Assembly: GCA_964497435.1 (NCBI GenBank)
Contig: CAZCCD010000005.1
Location: 46,214-107,440, forward strand
Origin: Candidatus Woesearchaeota archaeon
GTDB lineage: Archaea > Nanobdellota > Nanobdellia > Pacearchaeales > GW2011-AR1
Length of the DNA stretch: 61,227 nt
Reading direction: 5' to 3'
Part shown: positions 37,062 through 46,460 of the stretch, piece by piece
Position numbering within the stretch: the first letter of the stretch is position 1
Layout of the letters: the number at the start of each line of letters is the position of its first letter
The notes under the pieces: generated by a model
What the model saw: the letters and a program-made list of their open reading frames with translations, nothing else
Databases searched by the model: none
What the model was told of the DNA's origin: nothing
Translations under genes and position numbers: made by a program

Positions 37062-39740
37062 ATGAGATTAAATTTCAAAAAAATCTCGGCACTCGCAACA
37101 AGCGCATTAATGGTTGGAATGACTGCTGGAGTTGCTGCTGCAGCAAATTATCCTGTGCCTTTCGTGCAAAGTGGAGTTGCTAATGTAGCTGTTGTTTATG
37201 GTACTGGAACAGGTGTTTCATATCTAGACACAGTTGAAGCAGGAAAGATTATGTCTAACCTTCAAACCTACTTAACAGGAACTTCAACTTCAACAACAGA
37301 TACAACTGCAGGTGAGACATATCCTTTATTCACAAGTTCATCAAAAGTCTATATGAACGACAGCATAAATGCTGTAAGGTCAATCCTAACAGACAGTGAA
37401 CTGCCAACAGTTCTATTAGATGGTGACTTTGAAGGAAATGTTGCTGCTGAATACACACAGACTATTACTCTTGGTTCAAACCCAAGATTGGTTTATGGAA
37501 AACACCCTGAAAGTGATAGTGACCCTACAATAGCAATATCTTTAAGTACAAGTGCTACAACGAACCCTGTTTACAATGCAACAGTTAACTTCAACAAAGC
37601 CGTAAATCTAACACATTCTGACTCTATTGGAGAAAAGCTAACCTTATTTGGGCAAGTATTCTCAATTGGAGCAGGAACAACAGGAACAGATCTTGTATTG
37701 TTCAAGTCTTCGCAAGAAGTCAGCTTGTCTATTGGAGGTAGTGATCCTAGCTCTCAATCAGTAACTGTTGATGATAAAGCATACACAATAGAATTGACTG
37801 GAGCATCAGATACATCTGCTACAATTAAAGTTACTGACTCAACAGGAGCATCAGATGCTAAAGAAATTAATGAGGATGCCTCAAAGAAAATTCAAGGAAT
37901 TGATGTTGCTGTGACTCTTGCTGATGAAGATACTGCAACTAATAGATTAACTGCAACAGTTACTGTTGGTGCTAATAGAGTAGAGTTAACAGATGGAAGT
38001 GAAGTTAAAGTTGGCTCTGACGAAGACACTCTTGAAGGAACTAATGTAGATATTACCACAGGAGGAAATTCGTGGACAAATGTAACTTCATTTGTAGTTC
38101 AGGTTGCTGCATTGGATAGTGATACTGATGCCATAATTGAAGGTGGAAGTTTTGTAGATACTGTATTTGGAAGTTTCAAAGTAGACTTCCCTGCATTGAA
38201 TATTGGTACAGATTCTACTGCAAGAGAAGACATCATTATTAAAGGATCTGGAAGTGACAAAGCAACAGTAACAGCTGTTACTCATAAAGGAGGAGAAGCG
38301 AAAAGTGTTGAATGGTATTACAATGTATCAGTTACTCCACCAAAGATTGCTGATAGTGATGGAAATGTTATTAATGTCATTGAGATGGCCCAGGTAAATA
38401 AGACAGAATTCGTCGTCATAGGTAACGAGGATGAAGGTTATCTCTTAGAATTAATAACTTTCACAAACTCCAGTTCAAGCACTGATGATAATATTGTTTT
38501 CAGAGATGCGTTCACAGGAGATGATTACACAGTTTCTGTATCTTCAGAAGGTACTGGTAAATTAACTGTTGGAGGGAAATCTTACACAGTTACATATGAA
38601 GGTAAGAGTTCTGATACAGACACATCCAGATTTATAAGATTGAACTATGATAGTGATAGCTCGGCAAACCAGGCTGTTATTTTCCCAACAATAGAGACAA
38701 GTAAAGGAGCTAAATTATTCTTTTACGAACCAACAATACTTGACTTAGATGATTGGGATGGTTCAAATAACCTTAGCGCATTACTTTTCCCTGATGGAGA
38801 TGGTTACACTACTGTAACAGTGACTGCAAATAACAATGGTACTGGCGGATTGCCAGGACATCCTGGAGGAACAAGAGTATCATACAACTTTACTTTTGGT
38901 TCAACAACAAGAGTAATCTTTAGTAATGGTACTGGTGGGGGTGGAACATTGACAGTTGGTCAATTAACTTATCGTGTTGAAGGTAACTCAACTAATCACA
39001 CAGCGCAAGTGTACTTACAAGATGTAGGTAGCACAGATATAACTCTCCCAGCAATAGGTATCTTTGAAGAACAGGATGATAGTACTTCAAAGGTTTACAA
39101 TGCAATACTTGTAAAAATGGAAGGAGCTGGAACAAGCGATGCAAGCGTTGGTGTTAGTGATGTTGAATTCACATGGGGCGCTGATGCAACATGGGATGAG
39201 ATACAAATGGAAACTGATGATGATCTATACAAGAGTATGGATTATTATGGAGTCATTGTAACAACAGATAGATCAGACACTGACTCATACATTGCAACAA
39301 TAAGTTATCCTGACGACCAAGTATATCCAAAGCTTTATGTTGGAGAAATTGCTTCAAGCATTAGTGCAGGAACAGTTGGAGGTGGTGGAGGCTCACTAGG
39401 TGACATACTTGTCATGGATAGTGAGGTTTCATCTGTAGCTGCTAAGAACCTAATAGTTGTTGGAGGAAGCTGTATTAATTCAGCTGCTGCCAAGCTAGTA
39501 GGAGGAGCATATTGTGGAAGTGATTGGACTCAGGCAACAGGAGTTGGAGCAGGACAATTCTTAATAAAGGGTTATGCTACCAACACACTAAGCTCTAAGT
39601 TAGCTTTACTTGTTGCTGGTTACAATGCTGCTGATACGGTCAATGCAGCTACGTACTTGAGAAACAAGATGCCTGACACAGGCATGGCTTGGAAAGGTAC
39701 ATCATCAACCAGTGCTGAGCAAATTGTAGCTGGTGCTTAA
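37062..39740 (+). CDS. S-layer protein (MJ0822/methanococcal type)
   Basis: Signal peptide ending AAAANYPVPFV (the S-layer N-terminal motif). T/S/G/D-rich beta protein. C-terminal NLIVVGGSCINSAAAKLVGG motif. Higher GC and a strong SD. The ORF-track GTG start at 37041 was rejected. Confidence 0.8.
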   Translation: MRLNFKKISALATSALMVGMTAGVAAAANYPVPFVQSGVANVAVVYGTGTGVSYLDTVEAGKIMSNLQTYLTGTSTSTTDTTAGETYPLFTSSSKVYMNDSINAVRSILTDSELPTVLLDGDFEGNVAAEYTQTITLGSNPRLVYGKHPESDSDPTIAISLSTSATTNPVYNATVNFNKAVNLTHSDSIGEKLTLFGQVFSIGAGTTGTDLVLFKSSQEVSLSIGGSDPSSQSVTVDDKAYTIELTGASDTSATIKVTDSTGASDAKEINEDASKKIQGIDVAVTLADEDTATNRLTATVTVGANRVELTDGSEVKVGSDEDTLEGTNVDITTGGNSWTNVTSFVVQVAALDSDTDAIIEGGSFVDTVFGSFKVDFPALNIGTDSTAREDIIIKGSGSDKATVTAVTHKGGEAKSVEWYYNVSVTPPKIADSDGNVINVIEMAQVNKTEFVVIGNEDEGYLLELITFTNSSSSTDDNIVFRDAFTGDDYTVSVSSEGTGKLTVGGKSYTVTYEGKSSDTDTSRFIRLNYDSDSSANQAVIFPTIETSKGAKLFFYEPTILDLDDWDGSNNLSALLFPDGDGYTTVTVTANNNGTGGLPGHPGGTRVSYNFTFGSTTRVIFSNGTGGGGTLTVGQLTYRVEGNSTNHTAQVYLQDVGSTDITLPAIGIFEEQDDSTSKVYNAILVKMEGAGTSDASVGVSDVEFTWGADATWDEIQMETDDDLYKSMDYYGVIVTTDRSDTDSYIATISYPDDQVYPKLYVGEIASSISAGTVGGGGGSLGDILVMDSEVSSVAAKNLIVVGGSCINSAAAKLVGGAYCGSDWTQATGVGAGQFLIKGYATNTLSSKLALLVAGYNAADTVNAATYLRNKMPDTGMAWKGTSSTSAEQIVAGA

Positions 39741-39743
39741 AAA

Positions 39744-39779
39744 TTTTTATTTTTTTATTTCTTATTCTTTATTTTTTTA
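39744..39779 (+). terminator. oligo-T tracts downstream of the S-layer gene
   Basis: Runs of T5-T7 begin immediately after the stop codon, in the style of archaeal oligo-T terminators. Confidence 0.3.
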
Positions 39780-40007
39780 TGTCTTAATTGGAATTATGAA
39801 GAAAATTGTGCTCGTAAACTCGCAAGATGATTTTATTTAAAAGATAGATAATTTTAATTAATAATAGATAAGGGTAAAATTTTATAGATATAATATTGTG
39901 TAATTAAATTGTAGTAGTTAAGAGCAATGATACCCATAAATCTGAGTAATTAATATACAAATTGAAGTGTTAGAAATATTTTTATACTAAAATAATGAAT
40001 TTATTTT

Positions 40008-40592
40008 ATGAGAAAGATAATGTCTAAAGAGGATGAGGAAAGAAAGAAAAGAAGAAACCAAATAATTATAGGAGTGATTCTTGTTGGAGTCATGTTATTC
40101 AGCACTCTAGGTTTTGCATTAAATAGCAATCCAACAGATAACAGTGATAGTGTTAAAGGAAGAAAGGTAAATTATAATGGATATGAATTCACTTTATTAG
40201 ATAATGGTTTATGGTATCTAAATATTGGAAATTCTGAATTTGTATTTAAATATAATCCTAATGAAGTTGAAAGGGTGCCTGGCTTTATAAAGTCTTTAAA
40301 TGCTTATTCTGGCCTTCCTTTATACATTTCTTCTGAAAGTCTTGAGGCAGAGCAAGAAATATACATAAATCTAGATAATGTTATTTTAAGAAGACAATAT
40401 GCATGCATTAATGAAAACAACTGCAAAGAGGGTTTTCCAATAAAAACATGCAGTGATAATTTCATAATAATTGAAGAATCTAATGTAACTGAAATATCTC
40501 AAAATAACAGCTGTGTTTTTATAAAAGCTCCAAAAACAGAATTAGTAAAGGTAACAGATGAATTTTTGTTTAAGACAATTGGTGTTGAATAA
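40008..40592 (+). CDS. N-terminally anchored hypothetical protein
   Basis: Basic N-terminus followed by the TM segment IIIGVILVGVMLFSTLGFAL. Confidence 0.5.
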   Translation: MRKIMSKEDEERKKRRNQIIIGVILVGVMLFSTLGFALNSNPTDNSDSVKGRKVNYNGYEFTLLDNGLWYLNIGNSEFVFKYNPNEVERVPGFIKSLNAYSGLPLYISSESLEAEQEIYINLDNVILRRQYACINENNCKEGFPIKTCSDNFIIIEESNVTEISQNNSCVFIKAPKTELVKVTDEFLFKTIGVE

Positions 40593-40895
40593 ATGACGTT
40601 TCAGTTTATTACAAAAATTAAATGAGAAAATAAAACCTGCTTACTAACGTTCTACTCGCAATTCCACTCAATTATTAACTGATATACAGACTCGTGAAAT
40701 CGCTCGCATATTATCTATAATTAGCCTAATAATATCTAAATAAAGTTGTATTAGTTTAAGCATTTATTTTAAAGTACTGGTTAAATAAGATGAACTTATA
40801 AATATCTTAAATTAAAGTTATACAAACTAATTACTAAATTAAAATGTTTAACTGAATAAATAAAAATTTATAAAGTAGAAAGACAAATTAAAAAT

Positions 40896-41546
40896 ATGGA
40901 AGAAAAGAGTAATGAAAAAAGTGATGAGGTAAAAAAGATGGAGAGTAATAAAAAAAACAGTCAAAACAAAACATTAAGAAATGTAATAATTGTCGTGATT
41001 TTCTTGGGTGTTTTTTTCTTGATTGTGTATTATTTCATAAATTCTGTAAGGGAATTTGAATATTCTGGCATAACAGGAAATGTTGTAAGAGAAGGAAATT
41101 TAATATTTTACCAGATATCAATACCTGTAACATATAAAGGAGAAAAAGTTCCTTATAATTTTTATCTAAGGAATGATCCAAGAAAACTAGATAATGTGCC
41201 TTTCAATGGAAGAATAGAATTTCTGAAAAATGTGGCTATAAAAGGAGAAGGAGATTTTAACTGTAATGGAGAAGGCATTATTGCAATTGCTAATCTTGCA
41301 CGGCTTTATGAGGTGTTAGGAGCCGATGTTATAAATGATGAAACAGCTGAATGTGATACTCAAGGAAGATATATGCTAATAAAAATAAAAGAAGGAGAAA
41401 AAACAGAGATAGAACAAGTAGGCCTTGCATGTTATGAAATAAGGATTAATAACTGCGAGATACTTAAAGGAACTGAAAGATTTATGGTAGAGACATTTAT
41501 AGAATTTGATAAAATAAAAGACAATGTGGATGTAGTTATATCTTAA
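40896..41546 (+). CDS. N-terminally anchored hypothetical protein
   Basis: TM segment VIIVVIFLGVFFLIVYYFI followed by a Cys-containing ectodomain. Confidence 0.5.
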   Translation: MEEKSNEKSDEVKKMESNKKNSQNKTLRNVIIVVIFLGVFFLIVYYFINSVREFEYSGITGNVVREGNLIFYQISIPVTYKGEKVPYNFYLRNDPRKLDNVPFNGRIEFLKNVAIKGEGDFNCNGEGIIAIANLARLYEVLGADVINDETAECDTQGRYMLIKIKEGEKTEIEQVGLACYEIRINNCEILKGTERFMVETFIEFDKIKDNVDVVIS

Positions 41547-41637
41547 ATTGTTAATCCTGTTTATAATTTAACTCAATGCCGCTTTTATCTTGCTTATATA
41601 CGGCTTAAAATCGTTTGTCAGATTCTTCAATTAATAT

Positions 41638-42168
41638 TTACTTAAAAATTGATTTTTTGTATACTAATTTCAAGTCAGAATAAAAAGGAGTATCTTTTAT
41701 TTTAAATTTTTTCACTTCAAAAAACCATATAAAAACAACCATTAGAGTGCTTAAGACATACCAAAATAATTTGTGCGTAAAATCAAACCATTGAAAATTA
41801 AAAATATATAATAATCCAAGGAAAAAAATTCTTAATATATTTAATAGCAGGAATAATATAAAAGAAATTAAAAGTATCTTTATTCTCTTTGATAATTTAA
41901 TTTCCGGAGTTGATAAGTTCAAAATTAAAAGCAAAAAATAAGCAGAGCCAGCAATACAAGCATCAATTAATATTATAGGAATCTGGCCTATTATGATTCT
42001 GTTTCCTATTAAAATTGGATCAAAAATCATGTCAAATAAGAAAAAAACAGGGATTATTGTTATTGGCCTGAATATAATATAAAATAAATTAAGGCCAAAT
42101 AAACCAATTATTATTAAAATAGCGTATCTAAAAATAATGTCTTGGAAAAAACCTCTTTTTTCTTTCAT
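41638..42168 (-). CDS. exosortase/archaeosortase-family protein (mini archaeosortase)
   Basis: 176 aa and polytopic. Candidate catalytic triad in the expected order: IDACIAGSAYF (Cys), NILRIFFLG (Arg), FDFTHKLFWY (His). Confidence 0.55.
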   Translation of the reverse strand: MKEKRGFFQDIIFRYAILIIIGLFGLNLFYIIFRPITIIPVFFLFDMIFDPILIGNRIIIGQIPIILIDACIAGSAYFLLLILNLSTPEIKLSKRIKILLISFILFLLLNILRIFFLGLLYIFNFQWFDFTHKLFWYVLSTLMVVFIWFFEVKKFKIKDTPFYSDLKLVYKKSIFK

Positions 42169-42216
42169 ATAATAGAGACAAGAAATATATTTAAATAATT
42201 TAACATTTAGTTTTTG

Positions 42217-42810
42217 ATGAGAAAAAACACAAAGGCTCTTATTTGGGTTGGTATAGGGTTATTAATTATATTGAGTTTTTACTTTGATTCTGAAATTATA
42301 AGCTTAATGTCAAAGATAAAAAACAACTATCTTAATTATTTCTTTTTAGGCATAAATTATATCAGTGAAGAGCTTATAATTTTTATTTTCCTGACTATCT
42401 TATTTGGATGGAAAATTCATAAAAGAAAATGGGTCATACCATTATGGGTTACATTTTTATTGACGGCAATAGTTGGATTTCTTTTGAAGGTTTCTGTTCA
42501 GAGACTGAGGCCTTTTCAGACTGAAATTGTAAGTATTCTTCCATCGTTAGTGAAAGCAAGCTACGATGTCTGGAATTTTTCATTTCCATCAAGCCATGCA
42601 ATGTTTGCTTTCTGCGCCCTGCCTATTTTGGATAAAGAATTTCCAAAGCTAAAAAAAGTGTGGATAACATTTGCAGTATTAATTGCTCTTTCAAGAGTCT
42701 ATCTTGGATTGCATTACTTTAGTGATGTTGTTGTAGGGGCTTTAATAGGATATTTAACTGGATGGTTGATATTTGTAAATAGAAGAAAAATATTGAAGGA
42801 GCTTAATTGA
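42217..42810 (+). CDS. PAP2-family phosphatase (polyprenyl-diphosphate phosphatase-like)
   Basis: KVSVQRLRPF, PSSHAMFAF and SRVYLGLHYFSDVVVG match the three PAP2 motifs. Confidence 0.8.
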   Translation: MRKNTKALIWVGIGLLIILSFYFDSEIISLMSKIKNNYLNYFFLGINYISEELIIFIFLTILFGWKIHKRKWVIPLWVTFLLTAIVGFLLKVSVQRLRPFQTEIVSILPSLVKASYDVWNFSFPSSHAMFAFCALPILDKEFPKLKKVWITFAVLIALSRVYLGLHYFSDVVVGALIGYLTGWLIFVNRRKILKELN

Positions 42811-42814
42811 AAAA

Positions 42815-43111
42815 TTACTTGACTTGAAATCTTTCATCATTTCCTGAAACAGAATATCCACTATCTTTGTGTACGATTATATCATATTCTGTTAAATTAA
42901 CAGAATGAAAAGAAGCCCTTAAGGCTCCAGATGAATCATAAATATTTAGTGAATAATCATCAATATTTGCTTGATTAATATTTTTAACTATTTCTACTCT
43001 GGTTGGAGTATTAATTTTAATTTCATCTACTTTCTTTTGATGAGGAGTATCACAACCTAAAAGAGAAACAAGACTTAAACCAGCTATGACTGTTGTTAAT
43101 TTTTTATTCAT
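42815..43111 (-). CDS. small lipoprotein-like secreted protein
   Basis: MNKKLTTVIAGLSLVSLLGC lipobox-like signal. The internal Met start was chosen to avoid overlapping the upstream gene. Confidence 0.45.
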   Translation of the reverse strand: MNKKLTTVIAGLSLVSLLGCDTPHQKKVDEIKINTPTRVEIVKNINQANIDDYSLNIYDSSGALRASFHSVNLTEYDIIVHKDSGYSVSGNDERFQVK

Positions 43112-43112
43112 T

Positions 43113-44978
43113 TTATCTCTTCTTTGCGACTCGAACAGCAACAACTATAATTATAATAACAAGAATAACATTCAAAAGCCCTATAAGCCATAAATACCAG
43201 TTTCCTTTAAATAACCCTGAAAGGTCAATTCCTCTTGCTCTCTCTCCCTCAATTGTCACTGAAACAGGCTGGGTGGCTACAAGATTTCCATTAGAGACAA
43301 TCTCTATGTTAAACAAATAATCGCCTGAAGAAATGCCTTCCTTAACTTTGAATGTAAAAGTAACTTCTTCAGAGTCATCTTTTGAAACAGTTATTGTGTC
43401 TTCGCTAACATCAAAAGAAGACGCCCAGTCTGCAAATCCTGCAGCGTTTAAAACATAAGTAGCTGTATCTTCTCCTGTGTTTGTTATTATTGACTTAATC
43501 ACGAGTTCTTCTCCAGCTTTTCCTCCTGAAACCAATGAAGCTGAAACTAATACTTTTTCTTTGGTACCTGTATCTTTAGGAGGGGCTCCACATCCTGCAA
43601 CCTTAAATGTCCTTGTGAACTTTGATTCATCATTATTATCATTTTCAAATATATCTCTGTCTTCGTCATAAACCTCAAAGTTTATAATATAGGATTTTTC
43701 TTGGGCATTATTTGGAATTGGAATTGAAAATTCAACATCCTCATTTTTAAAAGATTCTATTTCTGAGATTTCGACTAATTTATTATATTGAAAATCTCTT
43801 ACAACTGCACTAACACTAACATCATCTTGGTCTCTTGTTCCGACATTCCAGGCATCTGCATTTATTACAAGATTCTCTCCACAAGAAACGCTTTCTGGAA
43901 TATCAAAGTTACTTAATACAACAAAATCCCTTTCAATTATTAATTCTATATCTTGAGAATCCCACTCGCAAGTATCGTCTCCTTCATTATCTCCTTCTGC
44001 TATTTCTCCTGTTGCCCTAACAAAGAGTATGTAATGATCTCCATCATCTAAATCCTCTAAATCAACATCTAAATCATCATCAATTGTTATTGTGAAAGTA
44101 ACTGTTTCATCATCGTCCTCATTTATGTCAAATTCATCTTCTTCATCAACATCAATAACCCATTCATCATTTTCTGTATCATAAAGGCCCCATTCAAAGG
44201 CTATATTATCTACATCATCATTTCCATTGTTTTCTATTTTAACTTCTATCTCAATCTCATCAAAAGGATACCATTCTTCATCATCTCCAAATCCGCTTGT
44301 TACAGTTACATCTTCTATAGATATATCCAAATCTCCAGGATTGTTAGGTTCTCCCTTGTCAAAAACACAGAAATTACTAAGGAAATCTTGATCATTACTT
44401 GGAGGTGGAATTGTCGAACCTTCGACTCTTAAATTGTCAATCCTCCATGTTCCAGAACTTGAGTTAGCATCTGTTGGAGTTGTTATTCTAATCTTTGTGT
44501 TTACATTATTATCTATAGAGGTAATAGAAGAAAAATCAAAAGTGTGCATTGGATTTGTCCCGAAATTAGCAGAGGTTAAGGTGCTTCCAGAAAGATTATT
44601 AAATGTTGAGCCATCAGAGCTATATTGTATTATAAAAGAGGTAGGACCTGTGGATGATGCTCTCTCATCGAACTTCAATATAATGTCTCTATATCCTACA
44701 GTACTTAAGTCTATATCAAAATTATCCCCTACATTCCAGCTAGAAGAGGATAAAGAAAAGTTAGCAGATGGCGGATTTCCAGATGTGAATGAGGCATTAT
44801 CCCCTGTATTAAGAGTTAAAACAGCCCCAGATGTGATATCTGTTGAAGGAGTTAAATTTTGAGATTCGAAATTCCATTCTGCCAAAACTGCTGCATTTAC
44901 AAGGCTTAAAGAAAAAATAGCAAATAATATGCTTAAAAAGAATAAATTTAGCGTTTTTGTTCTCATTTTTGTAATCAT
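43113..44978 (-). CDS. acidic surface protein with beta-sandwich (CARDB-like) domains and a C-terminal TM anchor
   Basis: Signal peptide, highly acidic D/E stretches, and C-terminal GNWYLWLIGLLNVILVIIIIVVAVRVAKKR. Confidence 0.6.
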   Translation of the reverse strand: MITKMRTKTLNLFFLSILFAIFSLSLVNAAVLAEWNFESQNLTPSTDITSGAVLTLNTGDNASFTSGNPPSANFSLSSSSWNVGDNFDIDLSTVGYRDIILKFDERASSTGPTSFIIQYSSDGSTFNNLSGSTLTSANFGTNPMHTFDFSSITSIDNNVNTKIRITTPTDANSSSGTWRIDNLRVEGSTIPPPSNDQDFLSNFCVFDKGEPNNPGDLDISIEDVTVTSGFGDDEEWYPFDEIEIEVKIENNGNDDVDNIAFEWGLYDTENDEWVIDVDEEDEFDINEDDDETVTFTITIDDDLDVDLEDLDDGDHYILFVRATGEIAEGDNEGDDTCEWDSQDIELIIERDFVVLSNFDIPESVSCGENLVINADAWNVGTRDQDDVSVSAVVRDFQYNKLVEISEIESFKNEDVEFSIPIPNNAQEKSYIINFEVYDEDRDIFENDNNDESKFTRTFKVAGCGAPPKDTGTKEKVLVSASLVSGGKAGEELVIKSIITNTGEDTATYVLNAAGFADWASSFDVSEDTITVSKDDSEEVTFTFKVKEGISSGDYLFNIEIVSNGNLVATQPVSVTIEGERARGIDLSGLFKGNWYLWLIGLLNVILVIIIIVVAVRVAKKR

Positions 44979-45121
44979 TGAAGAGTTACTAACGTTTATA
45001 AGCTTTTCTATTCTAAAAAATGTATTCTAAAAAATATAGTTTCCAGTAAATATTTTTTTAATGGGTTTTTTAACCTTATTCAAAAAATTTATATATTTAA
45101 TGTTTTTTATATTATTCAAAT

Positions 45122-45511
45122 ATGGTGATAAAATCAAGAGAAAATTCTGTAAGTGCATGGGCATTATTGATAGGAGTATTAATTGCAATCATTATTGGAA
45201 TAGGGACTTCATCACTCCTTCCACTCTCAAGAATAGAAACCTACAGTGCCAAGATATATGCTATTTTAGTTGTCCTTGGCATAATTATTGGCTCTACAAT
45301 AAAAATTTCAGGGAAAGAATCTGAAACTTTCTTGATTACAGGCGCTATACTAGTTATTGTAAGCAGATTTGGAATGGAAAGTGTTTCTGGATCTTTAATA
45401 GGAATAGGCCTTGGAGATGTTGTATCTTCAACATTCTCTGCTTTATTGACTATCCTTGTTCCAGCAACCATCATTGTTGCATTAAAAAGAGTTTTCTCGT
45501 TAAGTGTTTAA
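45122..45511 (+). CDS. integral membrane protein
   Basis: 129 aa with four hydrophobic segments. The overlapping ORF 45061-45324 was judged spurious. Confidence 0.5.
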   Translation: MVIKSRENSVSAWALLIGVLIAIIIGIGTSSLLPLSRIETYSAKIYAILVVLGIIIGSTIKISGKESETFLITGAILVIVSRFGMESVSGSLIGIGLGDVVSSTFSALLTILVPATIIVALKRVFSLSV

Positions 45512-45590
45512 ACTCAAATTTCCCTACGGTAAAATGAACAGGAATTTCAGGTTTCCCTACGGTAAAAAGAGTTTTCTCGTTAAGTGTTTA
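45483..45590. repeat. exact 28-nt direct repeat flanking a 52-nt insert
   Basis: taaaaagagttttctcgttaagtgttta occurs at 45483-45510 and 45563-45590. The insert holds two copies of tttccctacggtaaaa. Confidence 0.85.
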
Positions 45591-46203
45591 GTTCTTCCAC
45601 TTCTGTAAGATTTAAGAAAGATCTATCATAATCAAGCCTAGGGCAAGCTGTATTAACCCAGCTTCCGACATTAAAATTCTCTAACTGTCTTATATCAAGA
45701 GTATGATCAAGAAAAAAATAAAAATTCTTGTTTGTAAATTTTTCTTTTAACTTTAATGCCCTCTCTAATCTTTCTTGTCCTGGTTTAGTTGAAATTATTA
45801 CTCCTATATTGTCTGAATTAAAAAACTTTAATTTTTCTGCTTTGTGTTTTTTTTCTAGAGAAATTATGTATTCATTTGGAACTCTTTCTAGAATTCTATC
45901 ACTAAAAACATAAACAGGGAGTTTTGTTTCAAATGCTAAACCTCCTCCATGAAATTTCCCAGAACCGACTAAAAGTATTGCTTCAACATCTTTGTGTAAT
46001 CTTGGTTTTGTGCAACCTAAGACCTGTATTATTCCAAGGATGTTATGAGTTTTAGAAAGTATTTCTTTAACTTTCAAAGCAAACTCTCTAAATTGCACAG
46101 AATAAGCTAAAGCTATTGTTTTAGGTAATTTTTCAGATATTTTTTCTATATCTAATTTACCAACCTTTAGCCTTGATTTTGCAGGGATGAATATTTTTTT
46201 CAT
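45580..46203 (-). CDS. dph2: Dph2-like diphthamide synthesis protein, short two-domain form
   Basis: IQVLGC, LLVGSGKFHGGGLA, GVIISTKPGQ and WVNTACPRLDYD are collinear with domains 2-3 of archaeal Dph2. It lacks the ~100-aa N-terminal domain. Confidence 0.6.
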   Translation of the reverse strand: MKKIFIPAKSRLKVGKLDIEKISEKLPKTIALAYSVQFREFALKVKEILSKTHNILGIIQVLGCTKPRLHKDVEAILLVGSGKFHGGGLAFETKLPVYVFSDRILERVPNEYIISLEKKHKAEKLKFFNSDNIGVIISTKPGQERLERALKLKEKFTNKNFYFFLDHTLDIRQLENFNVGSWVNTACPRLDYDRSFLNLTEVEELNT

Positions 46204-46460
46204 AGAAGAAAGAGAGAATATGGGTTTAAAAAATTATTCACTATATTAAATCCAATCTACAATTTAACACAAATATATTTACTTACTTATCTCATATATT
46301 AATTTAAATTCGATCAATAAAATTAATATAAATATATCTCCCGTTCAATACCTAAATCAATTTTAATGGATAAATTAACTATGATGCATTTAAAATTATC
46401 TACTTACTATTATACTAATATAAAAATAAATTTTACAAACTAAGCAAATTTGTAAACAAC

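Noticed and set aside
45061-45324. 87-aa ORF overlapping the start of the membrane protein gene 45122-45511.
   Set aside because: It is in a different frame from the longer hydrophobic ORF. Its Cys/Asn/Phe-rich translation has no features. The longer ORF has regular TM periodicity.
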